The notes beneath the pieces were generated by a model. That model worked only from the letters and a program-made list of their open reading frames with translations. It searched no databases and was not told where the DNA came from. The position numbers and the translations under genes were made by a program. Source: Anaeramoeba ignava BMAN (taxonomy: Eukaryota; Protista; Anaeramoebae). From it: DNA of 64,000 nucleotides. The DNA lies in the NCBI GenBank assembly GCA_028826165.1, contig JAPDFW010000070.1, forward strand, positions 1,426,001 through 1,490,000, read 5' to 3'. Of the stretch, positions 12,630-39,216 are shown one piece after another (the first letter of the stretch is position 1; each line of letters opens with the position of its first letter).

Positions 12630-14976
12630 TCATTTCTTTCTAAAAAATGCAAAAAAACCTTTCTTTTTTTTCTGTTGAATTTTTTGATTTGAATTTTTGG
12701 ATTTTTCTTTTTCTTTTTCTTTTTCTTTTTCTTTTTCGTTTTCTTTTTCGTTTTTTTTGTGATTGTTTTCTTTTTCAATTATTTTATGATTGTTTTGTGT
12801 TTCTTGAATAATATTTCCTTTTAATTTTTCTAATTCGTTTGAATTATCTTTTTGTTGAAAATTATTTGAAAGAGAATTTTTTTGAGGATTTAATTTAAGA
12901 ATAATTTCATCAGATAAACCTTTAGTTTCTTGAAAAAGCAAAAAAAATAAAAATAAAAAAATTTTTTTTTGGAATTCGGGAAAATTTTTTTGGAAAAATA
13001 AGAATAAATTTGGAATAAATTTTGAAAATGAAAAAATTAACAAACCTTGTTCTGTAAAATTAAATAAAGGAGGTAAAGCATTTCCATTTGGAAGACGAGA
13101 ATTTGGATCACGCAAATCATCAAAGAAAGAATGAGCACAAGCAGGAAGTGGATGAATTCTCTTTTGAGGTGAATATTTTAATAATTTGGAAATTAAATCA
13201 ATGGCTTCATTTGGTGTATCTTTCGGGAAAATTTTGCTAAATTTTTGTTTGGTGAATTGGGGAAGTCTTGATGTAATTGAATTAGGATTCATTTTTTCTA
13301 TTTGTTTTTTTGTTGGTGTTCCTAAAACTCGAATTATTTCTAAAAATTGCATCATAGAATTTTCTCCGACAAATAATGGTTTTCCGATAAATAATTCTGC
13401 AATAATACATCCGCATGACCATAAATCTTTTGAAATTATAAAAAATGAATATTTTTTAATATTTTTTAATATTTTTTAATATTTTTTATTTTCTTTTAAA
13501 TTAACCAATTGATGTTGTATAATCAGTTGAACCAAGTATCAATTCAGGTGCTCTGTAAAATCTTGAACAAATATAAGCTATATTTGGTTCTCCTTTTATT
13601 AAAATTTTTGCACTACAAAATGGAAAAAAATTTTAATTTTAATTTTATAAATGAATTTTAATTTTAATTTTATAAATGAATTTTAATTTAAATTTTATAA
13701 ATGAATTTTAATTTTAATTTTAATTTTAATTTTATAAATGAATTTTAATTTTAATATTAATTTTAATTTTAATTTTAATTTTAATTTTAATTTTAATTTT
13801 AATTTTAAATTTTAATTTTAATTTTAATTTTAATTTTAATTTTAATTTTAATTTTAATTTTAATTTTAATTTTAATTTTAATTTTAATTTTAATTTTGAT
13901 TTTAATTTTAATTTAAATTTTAATTTTAATTTTAATTTTAATTGGAATTTGGAAAAGGTTTAAAAAAGTGATATGATAATTGCTAATAAAAACTACCTTC
14001 CAAAATCACAAAGCTTTAAAACACCAGTTTCTGGATTAACAAGAAGATTTTGGGGTTTAATATCTCTATGACAAATTCCAAGCAGATGAATATAATTTAC
14101 AGAACGTAAAAGTTGGTATGAAAAAATTTGAAAAAAATTGATTTGAAAAAAATTGATTTGAAAAAAATTGATTTGAAAAAAATTGATTTGAAAAGATTTA
14201 TTTCGGTTTTTTTTGTTTAATCTAAGTTACTTTAATCCATGTTAATGGAATTTGTTTTCTTTGTTGAAAAAATTGTTTTGAAAAGTAATGAATTGTTTGT
14301 GGAATGTGTTCTAAAACGAGATTTAAATATACATCTTGTTTCTAAATGCATTAAATAAATAATTTTAATTTTAATTTTAATTTTAATATTAATTTTAATA
14401 TTAATTTTAATTTTAATTTTAATTTTAATTTTAATATTAATTTTAATATTAAAATTAATATTAATTTTAATTTAATTTTAATTTTAATTTTAATTTTAAT
14501 TTTAATTTTAATTTTAATTTTAATTTTAATTTTAATTTTAATTTTAATTTTAATTTTAATTTTAATTTTAATTTTAATTTTAATTTTAATTTTATTTTTA
14601 TTTAAATTTTAATTTTAAATTTAAAATGAAAAATACATTTTTTTCTGAATGTTTTGATCTACAATTATTATCAGTTGTATAAAAGAAATCATTCATTTTA
14701 ACAATATTAAAATGATCCAAAAGTTTCATAATTGATAATTCTCGATTCTTTTATTAGAAAAAAAGTTTCAAAATTTTTTTCAGTTTTTTTTTTTTTGAAT
14801 TATTTTTTATTTAGTTTAATTACTTTATAATTTGGATCTTGTAAAACTTTTTTAATTGCAACAATTTCATTTGTTTGAATTACACAAGCTTGATAAACAA
14901 TTCCAAATGTTCCTTTAGCAATTTTTTTAGTTGCTCGATATTTTGGAGATGAATGAGTAATTTTAGAATTTGACAT
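12630..14976 (-). CDS. GSK3: Glycogen synthase kinase 3 / shaggy-like kinase, multi-exon
   Basis: [13 protein letters not shown]|[28 protein letters not shown]|[44 protein letters not shown]. Confidence 0.95.
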
Positions 14977-15069
14977 TTTTTATCAAAAAAAAAAAATAAA
15001 AAAATAAAAAAATAAATGAAAAAAGAAAAATGAAAAAAAATGAAAAAAATGAAATTGGAAAAATCAAAT

Positions 15070-17210
15070 TTTAAAATTGAAATGTTTTTTAAATTTAATT
15101 TTAATTATTTTTTAAATTTAATTATAAATTATTTCTTAATTTAATTATTATAAAAAATTAAATAAAATTTTTAATAAATTATAAATAAAAAATGAAAATA
15201 GAATTAAATATAAATTTAAATTGAAATGTTTTTTAAATTTAAATTTAATTATTTTTTAAATTTAATTATAAATAATTTTTTAATTTAATTATTATAAAAA
15301 ATTAAATAAATTTTTTAATAAATTATAAATAAAAATTGAAAATAGAATTAAATATAAATTTAAATTGAAATGTTTTTAAATTTAATTTTAATTATTTTCT
15401 AAATTTAATTATAAATAATTTCTTAATTTAATTATTATAAAAATTAAATAAAATTTTTAATAAATTATAAATAAAAATTGAAAATAGAATTAAATATAAA
15501 TTTAAATGGAAATGTTTTTAAATTTAATTTTAATTATTTTCTAAATTTAATTATAAATAATTTCTTAATTTAATTATTATAAAAAATTAAATAAAATTTT
15601 TAATAAATTAAAAATAAAAATTGAAAATAGAATTAAATATAAATTTAAATTGAAATGTTTTTAAATTTAATTTTAATTATTTTTAAATTTAATTATAAAT
15701 TATTTCTTAATTTAATTATAATAAAAATTAAATAAATTTTTAATAAATTATAAATAAAAATTGAAAATAAATTAAATATAAATTTAAATTGAAATGTTTT
15801 TAAATTTAATTTTAATTATTTTTAAATTTAATTATAAATTATTTCTTAATTTAATTATAATAAAAATTTAAATAAATTTTTAATAAATTATAAATAAAAA
15901 TTGAAAATAGAATTAAATATAAATTTAAATTGAAATGTTTTTAAATTTAATTTTAATTATTTTTAAATTCTTATAAATAATTTCTTAATTTAATTATTAT
16001 AAAAATTAAATAAATTTTTAATAAATTATAAATAAAAATTGAAAATAGAATTAAATATAAATTTAAATTTAATTATTTTTAAATTTAATTTGAAATGTTT
16101 TTAAATTTAATTATAAATAATTTCTTAATTTAATTATTATAAAAATTAAATAAAATTTTTAATAAATTATAAATAAAAATTGAAAATAGAATTAAATATA
16201 AATTTAAATTTAATTATTTTTAAATTTAAATTTAATTATTTTTAAATTTAATTATAAATTATTTCATAATTTAATTATTATAAAAATTAAATAAATTTTT
16301 AATAAATTATAAATAAAAATGAAAATAGAATTAAATATAAATTTAAATTGAAATGTTTTTAAATTTAATTTTAATTATTTTCTAAATTTAATTATAAATT
16401 ATTTCTTAATTTAATTATTATAAAAATTAAATAAAATTTTTAATAAATTATAAATAAAAATTGAAAATAGAATTAAATATAAATTTAAATTGAAATGTTT
16501 TTAAATTTAATTTTAATCATTTTTAAATTTAATTATAAATTATTTCTTAATTTAATTATTATAAAAATTAAATAAATTTTTAATAAATTATAAATAAAAA
16601 TTGAAAATAGAATTAAAATATAAATTTAAATTTAATTATTTTTAAATTTAATTTGAAAATATTTTTAAATTTAATTATAAATAATTTCTTAATTTAATTA
16701 TTATAAAAATTAAATAAATTTTTAATAAATTATAAATAAAAATTGAAAATAGAATTAAATATAAATTTAATTTGAAATGTTTTTAAATTTAAATTTAATT
16801 ATTTTTAAATTTAATTATAAATAATTTCTTAATTTAATTATTATAAAAATTAAATAAAATTTTTAATAAATTATAAATAAAAATGAAAATAGAATTAAAT
16901 ATAAATTTAATTTGAAATGTTTTTTAAATTTAATTTTAATTATTTTCTAAATTTAATTATAAATAATTTCTTAATTTAATTATTATAAAAAATTAAATAA
17001 AATTTTTAATAAATTATAAATAAAAATTGAAAATAGAATTAAATATAAATTTAATTTGAAATGTTTTTTAAATTTAAATTTAATTATTTTTTAAATTTAA
17101 TTATAAATTATTTCTTAATTTAATTATTATAAAAAATTAAATAAAATTTTTAATAAATTAAAAATAAAAATTGAAAATAGAATTAAATATAAATTTAATT
17201 TGAAATTTAA
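15070..17210. repeat. Satellite A: ~141-bp unit, ~15 copies
   Basis: Marker GAAAATA(GAATT) recurs at ~15194, 15338, 15480, 15623 ... 17173 (spacing 138-144). Confidence 0.95.
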
Positions 17211-17302
17211 ATAAAATTGGTAAAATGACACAAAAATAAAATTTAAAAAATTTTTCATTTTTTTTTTTTCATTTTTTTTATTTTGTTTTAATTTGAAATA
17301 AA

Positions 17303-17801
17303 ATGGTAGAAGCACTTGATGGACTTAAATATGGTTCACTTATATTTGCAATAATATTAATAGCAGCAATGTTAATAGTTCCATGGTTTACAAAAGATAA
17401 AAAGTAAAAAAATTAAAAATTATAAATTAAAAAATTATAAATTAAAAATTTAATTTAAAAATTATAATGATTCATTCTTTTTATTATTTTATTTTTTTAC
17501 TTTAGATTAACAATTTTATTAATTGTTTTAACAATAGCTTGCATGTATATCATGTAAATTGATGATTCATCAAGTTTTTTCTTTAAAAAATCAAATCCAA
17601 AAATTGAAAAAAAAAATAACAAAAAATTTTTTTTAATTTTTCTTTTAAAAAAATAAATTCAAAAAATTATTTCCACAAACAAAAAAAAATAATCAAACCT
17701 TCTTTGAATAATATTAATATAATAAATCTTTATTTAGGTGGTGTGTGGTTTATATGTCGCAAATGTTTATTGTTGATATCACTCAGCCAATTAAAGAATA
17801 G
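17303..17801 (+). CDS. ATP6V0E: V-ATPase V0 subunit e (Vma9/ATP6V0E), 3 exons; missed by the ORF track
   Basis: MVEALDGLKYGSLIFAIILIAAMLIVPWFTKDKR|LTILLIVLTIACMYIM|WCVVYMSQM..: two TM helices and the C..W...Y..Q motif. Confidence 0.8.
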
Positions 17802-18081
17802 CCAATAAAAAATGTTGATACTTTTCGCATTTTTTTTTTCTTTATTAAAAAAAAAATTATTATAACTTTTTCTCATTAATTTTGTTTCCAATTTTCTTAA
17901 CAATTTTGAATCTGAATCTTGATCCTTTTAAGAAGTTTTATTCTTTTAAAAAAAAAAAATCAGAAATAACTTTTTTTCTTTTGATTTTTTTTCAAATTTA
18001 AAAATTAAAATTAAAAATTAAAAATTAAAATTAAAAATCATTTTTTCTTTTTTTTTTATTAATTTTTCCGTTTAAAAAAAA

Positions 18082-18846
18082 ATGATAGATTTAAAAAAAT
18101 TTATAGGAATGCAAACAATAGAAGATTTTGAGAATAATTCCCAATTATTTAATGAATATTGTAGTCTTCCAAAAATAAAAAGTTTAATAACTTTTTTAAT
18201 TGGATCAGAAGAATGTGGAAAAACTTCTCTACTTTTATCTTATTCCTGCAGTTATATTGAAGAAAAGGAGATGGATAATCAAAAGAACACATCTCAGCAA
18301 GAAAGTTTATCTGAATATCAAGTCATATTTATGTGTCAGAGAGAGAAAATGGAAGGATCTTTTCCTTTATTTTTTCAAAATCATATTTCAAGTGAAAAAA
18401 CTTTATCAAAAATCAAAATTATCTACATAAAGAATTATAAAAATATCCTCGAATATTTTCTTGCAATTAATCTCGACGCTTCAAATTATAGGAACTCCTT
18501 GTTTATTATTGATGATTTTTCAAGTTATTTTACCCCAAAAAAAGATGATGATTTGTTTATTAAAATTCTTTCTTTAATTCAAAATGAAATTTTTCATCTC
18601 AATTCATTGGCTTTAATAAGTGCGGAAAAGGAAAAAATTCCGCATGAATCCATATATTCTCAATTTGTATCTTCCATTTTGCAAATTAAATCTTGTCAAA
18701 ATATCAATCAAAATGAAGATAAATCAAAAATTCATTTTCAGTTAACTTTTTTCAATCAAGAAATTGAAATTTCTTTATTTTATTGTGTAGATTTTAAACA
18801 AAAACTTTGTTTTTGGACAAATATTTACTCTAAATTAATAAAATAA
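18082..18846 (+). CDS. SWSAP1-like RecA/RAD51-paralog ATPase
   Basis: Walker A GSEECGKTSLL, LSKIKIIY, Walker B SLFIIDD; short RecA-core layout as in SWSAP1. Confidence 0.65.
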   Translation: MIDLKKFIGMQTIEDFENNSQLFNEYCSLPKIKSLITFLIGSEECGKTSLLLSYSCSYIEEKEMDNQKNTSQQESLSEYQVIFMCQREKMEGSFPLFFQNHISSEKTLSKIKIIYIKNYKNILEYFLAINLDASNYRNSLFIIDDFSSYFTPKKDDDLFIKILSLIQNEIFHLNSLALISAEKEKIPHESIYSQFVSSILQIKSCQNINQNEDKSKIHFQLTFFNQEIEISLFYCVDFKQKLCFWTNIYSKLIK

Positions 18847-18939
18847 CTCATGAATTTATTTGAAAAAAGAGAAAAAAAAAAACTTTAAATAAAAATTTTA
18901 ATTGAAAAAATATTCATTTTTTTCTTCTTTTATTTAAAA

Positions 18940-20713
18940 ATGGAGATTGAAATTGAAAAAGATGAATCAACTTTAAATAATCTTCTTCCAGATGAAGTAA
19001 AAAAAAAATCTAAATTAAAAATTAAAAACTAAAAATTAAAAATTAAAAATTAAAAATTAAAATAGGTTATTCAATATATCTTCAGTTTTTTATCAAATAC
19101 ACAATTAAAACAAATTGCTTTTGTTTGTCAAAAATGGAGTCAATTAGCTCTTGATCCATTTTTATGGAAAAATATTTACATTTCTTTTCCAAATGAAAAA
19201 AAAATTTCAAAATTCAATTCAAATTATTTAAATTCAATTTATTTATCAAATTGTTTAGATAAAGAAAATTCAAAATCTTTATTATTATTATCAAAATGTA
19301 ATAATTTAAGAAATATTAGATTGGAAAAAGCTGAAAATAAATGGATTCAATCTCTTCAAGAATTGTTATCAAATTCAAAAATTAGAAATCTTACTCTTTT
19401 TGATTGTGAATTAAATGGATTAACAAATGATAATTTTTGGATAAGTTGTTCTCATTTGAAAAACTTAAAAATCCAACAAACATCAAAAATACATCGTGTA
19501 AATCAACTTTATAGATTTGATCTTCTTTCAAAAATAAGAAATATAACAATAGAAAGAATAGAACTTAATAATCAAGAAATTGATCAATTCTGTCAAAAAG
19601 ATAATTTAAGGAATTTAAGATCAATTTCATTTTTATCAAGTCTTATTAATGTTGATATTAATCCAATATTTCTTAATATTCCAAATTTATTGAGTCTTAA
19701 TTTATCAAATTGCAGATCAAATTCAAATATTGATTTTGGATTATTTAGTAATTTAACTTATTTAAATTTATCTAATTTTTCAACAGGAACTGGTCAAAAA
19801 TTAGATATTGAATCTATTAAGAAATTGAAAAATCTTGTTCATTTAGATATTTCACTTTCAAATCTTCGATTGGATTTATTTTCAATTCATTATATGAATC
19901 AACTCAGAACTTTATTAGCTATTGGGAATCAATCATGGAATCTTCATAATCAAAACAATAGCAATTCTTCTCTTGTTTTTCCTCCTCATATTTCTCGTGT
20001 TGATTTTTCTCATTCTCAAAAATTTTTCAAATTTAATCCAACTTTATCAAATTCAATCCAATCAATTTCTCTTATTAATTGTGAAATGAATCAATTCAAT
20101 ATTGATAACATTTGCCCTTTTCTTTCTTACTTATACATTTCAAACAATAATTTGACTCAACTTCCTCTTGATTTGGGTGAAAAATGTCCTAATTTGTTAG
20201 AATTAGAATGCAATAAAAATAAAATTTCAGTAATTCCTGATTCAATTGGAAACATGAAAAGATTAAGAAAATTATCTCTTCAACAATGTTCAATTTCTGA
20301 AATTACAAATTCAATTGGAAATTGTTGTTCTTTAATTGAAGTAAATTTTTATTCCACTTTTTTCTAAAATTATTCAATTTAAATAATTTTTCTTAATTTA
20401 ATAGTTAAATTTAAGAGCAAATTCAATTAAAATTATTCCCATTTCTTTAGGAGATATTACTTCTTTATCTATTTTTGATTTAGCTTATAATCAAATTTCT
20501 AAATTAGAAAACAAAATTTTTATGAAATTAACAAATTTAAATAAATTTTTAATTGAAGGAAACAAAAAATTAAAATCAATTCCAAAAATTCTTTTAAAAA
20601 AATATAAGAAAAAAGAACTTATTTTAAGTTTTTATGATGTTCCTAATTTACAATATTTAGCTAATATTGATTTTGAAAATGAAAATGAAAATGGAAAATG
20701 TTTGATTTTTTAA
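18940..20713 (+). CDS. F-box/LRR protein with C-terminal CaaX (CLIF), 3 exons
   Basis: LLPDE|VIQYIFSFL..LKQIAFVCQKWSQLA..LW F-box; LRRs; ends GKCLIF*. Confidence 0.85.
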
Positions 20714-20742
20714 TTAAATTAAATGAAATTTTAAAATAAAAT

Positions 20743-35062
<14,320 letters not shown>

Positions 35063-35153
35063 TTCTTTTGCCAAATTGTGTGTTTGTGTTTTTGTTGTTT
35101 GTTGTTTTAAAAAATTAAAAAAAAAAGACTTTGTTTTAAAAAATAAAAAAATG

Positions 35154-35184
<31 letters not shown>

Positions 35185-35309
35185 TTTTTCTTCTTTATTT
35201 TTTTAATTAAAGAAAAAAAGGAAAATAATTAATAATTTTGAGAAAATAATTAATAATTTGGAATAATTAAAAAAAGTGGAATTTGAAAATAAATAATTTT
35301 TGAAATAGT

Positions 35310-35790
35310 TTTTAAATTATATTTTTAAATTAATTTATAAATTAAATATTAAATTAAACCTATTCCCATTTTTTATATTTTTATGTTAAATATTTAAATA
35401 ATAAAATATTTAAATCTAAAACATTAAATTATTATTTTAATAATGAAATTAAATATTAAATTATATTTTTAAATTAATTTATAAATTAAATATTAAATTA
35501 AATCTATTTTCATTTTTATATTTTTATGTTAAATATTTAAATAATAAAATATTTAAATCTAAAACATTAAATTATTATTTTAAACATGGAATCAAAGATT
35601 AAATTATATTTTTAAATTAATTTATAAATTAAATATTAAATTAAACTTATTTTTATTTTTTATATTTATATGTTAAATATTTAAATAATAAAATATTTAA
35701 ATCTAAATCATTAAATTATTATTTTAATAATGAAATTAAATATTAAATTATATTTTCAAATTAATTTATAAATTAAATATTAAATTTGAA
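35310..35790. repeat. Satellite B, left block: ~143-bp unit, ~3 copies
   Basis: Marker TAAATCTAAA at ~35411, 35554, 35698. Confidence 0.9.
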
Positions 35791-35840
35791 CTTGTTTCTT
35801 ATTTTTCTTTATTTTGAAAAATAAAAAAGTGAGAATAAAT

Positions 35841-37309
35841 TTAAATGAAATAAGTTTCAACTTCATCAACTTTCCATTTATCATAAGAACCAGCTAAATA
35901 ACTTTTAGCTTCATTTGTTCCATATTTAATTCCTTTAGGCAAATTGTACTTATCACCAAAATCTGACACACCCTTTCGTAAAGTAAATTTGAAACAAATA
36001 TCTCCAAATCCAAAAGTTGGACCTTGAGTTGGCAAATAATAAATTGCATAATCTTCTTCACTTTTATTAATAGGGAATTTTTTTGGTTTTCGATTGTTTT
36101 TATCATTTCTTAATGAAAAAATAAATGCATTTGGATCATTAAAGAATATCATTTCATAATAAGCATCTTCTTCAGTCCATTTTGAAGGATCAGTTGTCCA
36201 ACCAACTTGAGTAAATCCTCCAAAAATAAAATTATCTTTTGTTTTGATAAGAACTAATGTTTTTCCTTTATTATCACAAATATCATGCCAATCTTTACAA
36301 TCAAATCCATCTCTTTTTGCTGAATATCTTAATTTCATTTTGGAAAAGAATTTATCATCATTTATCCATTTTTTTAATTTATTGTAATGTTCAACTTTTT
36401 TAATTATTGTTGATTCAAAATGAAATCTTGTTTTGAAAATGTTTGATTTTGATTTTTCTTTTTTAATTAATTTTTTTATTTCTTTCTTGTTTCTATTAGT
36501 TTTTAATTTAAGTAAATTATTTAATTTTTGTGAAATTTGATTTGGAATTAAATTTTGTTTCAAAGTATCTGTAAGTTCTTTTTTAGAAAATCAATAAATC
36601 TGATTTTTTGAATAATATTTGAAATTTGATCTTGAATTTTTTCTTTTTCTTCTTTTTCAAGTTTTTCATTTTCTTTTATTTGATTAATATTTGATTTATG
36701 TTTTCCCCATTTTATTATTGATTGAAATATTTTAAATTCATTTATTAAATTATCATCATTTGATAAAATTGAATTTAAATGATTTTCTTCAAGTTCAAGA
36801 AAAAATGAAGTTTTAATAAATTTTTCAAGATTTTTCGAAATAAATTGATAACAAGATTCTAATAATTTATTTATTTTCATTGATTCGGATAATTTAAGAA
36901 CATCAATAACAGTTTCAAATTGTAAATTCTTTTTGATAAATTTTGAACAAATTTGAATTAAATCATCAATTAAATATTTTGATGAAAAAATTAAAATTTG
37001 AATTGCATTTTCTGAATTAATTTTAATTTTTCCTGAATAAAAATAATTCAAAATTGGAAATAGAATTGAACTTGAAACATCTTTTAGAATTAATTTATTT
37101 TCTTGATATTCTTTCATTTTAGATTTAAAAAGTGTTTTAAAATATTCACTTCTTGAAGAAAGAATTGATTTATGGGTTTTAAATGAAATTTTATTTTGTT
37201 CACAAATTATTTCAAAATCAAAATAATTTTCTTCTTCTTTTTCATTTTGATTTTGAAATAAATTTTTTAAATCATTTGAAAGTTTTTTTAAATTTGAATA
37301 AGTTTCCAT
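35841..37309 (-). CDS. Intronless BTB-BACK-TLDc protein (one frameshift near 36588)
   Basis: BTB: FKTHKSILSSRSEYFKTLF..MKE; BACK: FFLELEE..IFQSIIKW..IRF; TLDc: LRYSAKRDGF..CDNKGKTLVLIKT..FIFGGF..GPTFG..VDEVETY. One extra T in a T-run gives DFSKKELTDTLKQ and joins the two ORFs. Confidence 0.9.
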
Positions 37310-37477
37310 TTTATTTAAAAATTTAAAAAAATGAAAAATGATTTTTAATTTTTTTTTTTGGAATTTAAAAATTATTAATAAATTTAAATTTAAAACAAAT
37401 TTCCAAATTAATATTAATTCAATTTAATTCAAAAAAAAAGATAAAATTTTAGTTTCAAAAAAATGAATTTTCAAAAT

Positions 37478-38460
37478 ATTTTTAAATAATAAAATATTTA
37501 AATCTAAAACATTAAATTATTATTTTAATAATGGAACCAAAGATTAAATTATATTTTTAAATTAATTTATAAATTAAATATTAAATTAAATCTATTTTCA
37601 TTTTTATATTTTTATGTTAAACATTTAAATAATAAAATATTTAAATCTAAAACATTAAATTATTATTTTAAACATGGAATCAAAGATTAAATTATATTTT
37701 AAATTTAATTTATAAATTAAATATTAAATTAAATCTATTCTTATTTTTATATTTATATGTTAAATATTTAAATAATAAAATATTTAAATCTAAAACATTA
37801 AATTATTATTTTAATAATGGAATCAAAGATTAAATTATATTTTTAAATTAATTTATAAATCAAATATTAAATTAAATCTATTCTTATTTTTATATTTATA
37901 TGTTAAATATTTAAATAATAAAATATTTAAATCTAAAACATTAAATTATTATTTTAAACATGGAATCAAAGATTAAATTATATTTTCAATTTAATTTATA
38001 AATTAAATATTAAATTAAATATATTCTTATTTTTATATTTATATGTTAAATATTTAGATAATAAAATATTTAAATCTAAAATCATTAAATTATTATTCCA
38101 AACATAAAATTAAATAATAAATTATATTTTTAAATTAATTTATAAATTAAATATTAAATTAAATCTATTTTCATTTTTATATTTATATGTTAAATATTTA
38201 AATAATAAAATATTTAAATCTAAATCATTAAATTATTATTCCAAACATAAAATTAAGTATTAAATTATATTTTCAAATTAATTTATAAATTAAATATTAA
38301 ATTAAATCTATTTTCATTTTTTATATTTATATGTTAAATATTTAAATAATAAAATAATTAAATCTAAAACATTAAATTATTATTTTAATAATAAAATAAA
38401 GTATTAAATTATATTTTCAAATTAATTTATAAATTAAATATTAAATTAAATTTATTTTTA
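37478..38460. repeat. Satellite B, right block: ~143-bp unit, ~7 copies, same orientation as the left block
   Basis: Marker at ~37499, 37642, 37785, 37928, 38071, 38215, 38359. Confidence 0.9.
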
Positions 38461-38504
38461 TTTTTCATTTTTCATTTTTCATTTTTTCATTTTTTCATTT
38501 TTTA

Positions 38505-38974
38505 ATGTCTCCAGCTTTTGATAGAAATTTAGGTATTTTTTTAACAACGATTGGGATTATTGCTTTTATGTATTATACTTTTTGGTTGATATTTTTAGTA
38601 AATTAAAACAAAAACAACAAAAACAAAAACAAAATTAATTTTTATTTTTAAAATAAAAAAAGCCTTTTATTGATAAAGATATGTTTATTCAGAATTTTTT
38701 TCCACATTATGAATATGCTTTTATAGCTCCAATGTATATAACTTTACTTCTTTTAATAATTGGAAGCACTTTTATTGCTTTAGTTTTTATTAAAAGTAAA
38801 GGACAAACAAATCCAGTAGTTCCTCCAACAACTGGTGAATTTCTTTGGTATCTTGATAATATTGTTAAAGAAAGCAAAGATGAATTTAAAAAAGAACTCA
38901 AAAAAATTCGCAAAAATAAAATGCTTCAAAATCAAGATTCTTCTAAAATTCCAATTAAAAATAATGATTTTTAA
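38505..38974 (+). CDS. DPM2: Dolichol-phosphate mannosyltransferase subunit 2, 2 exons
   Basis: MSPAFDRNLGIFL..AFMYYTFWLIFL|PFIDKDMFIQNFFPHYEYAF..P matches DPM2 YYT.W...PFID. Confidence 0.85.
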
Positions 38975-39216
38975 TTCATTTATTTCATTCATAAATTTGA
39001 AAAAAAAAATCAAAATAAAGTTTTTACAATTTGAATTTGATTTTAAATTTGAATTTGAATTTGAATTTGAATTTTAAATTTGATTTTAGATTTGATTTTG
39101 AATTTGAATTTGATTTTAAATTTGAATTTTATTTTTGATTTGATTTTAGATTTAATTTTGATTTTGAATTTAAATTTGTTTATGTTTTTGTTTTTGTTTC
39201 TGAATTTGAAAAAAAA

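Noticed and set aside
15070-17210. CRISPR array
   Set aside because: Whole units repeat with no unique spacers; eukaryotic context; no cas genes.
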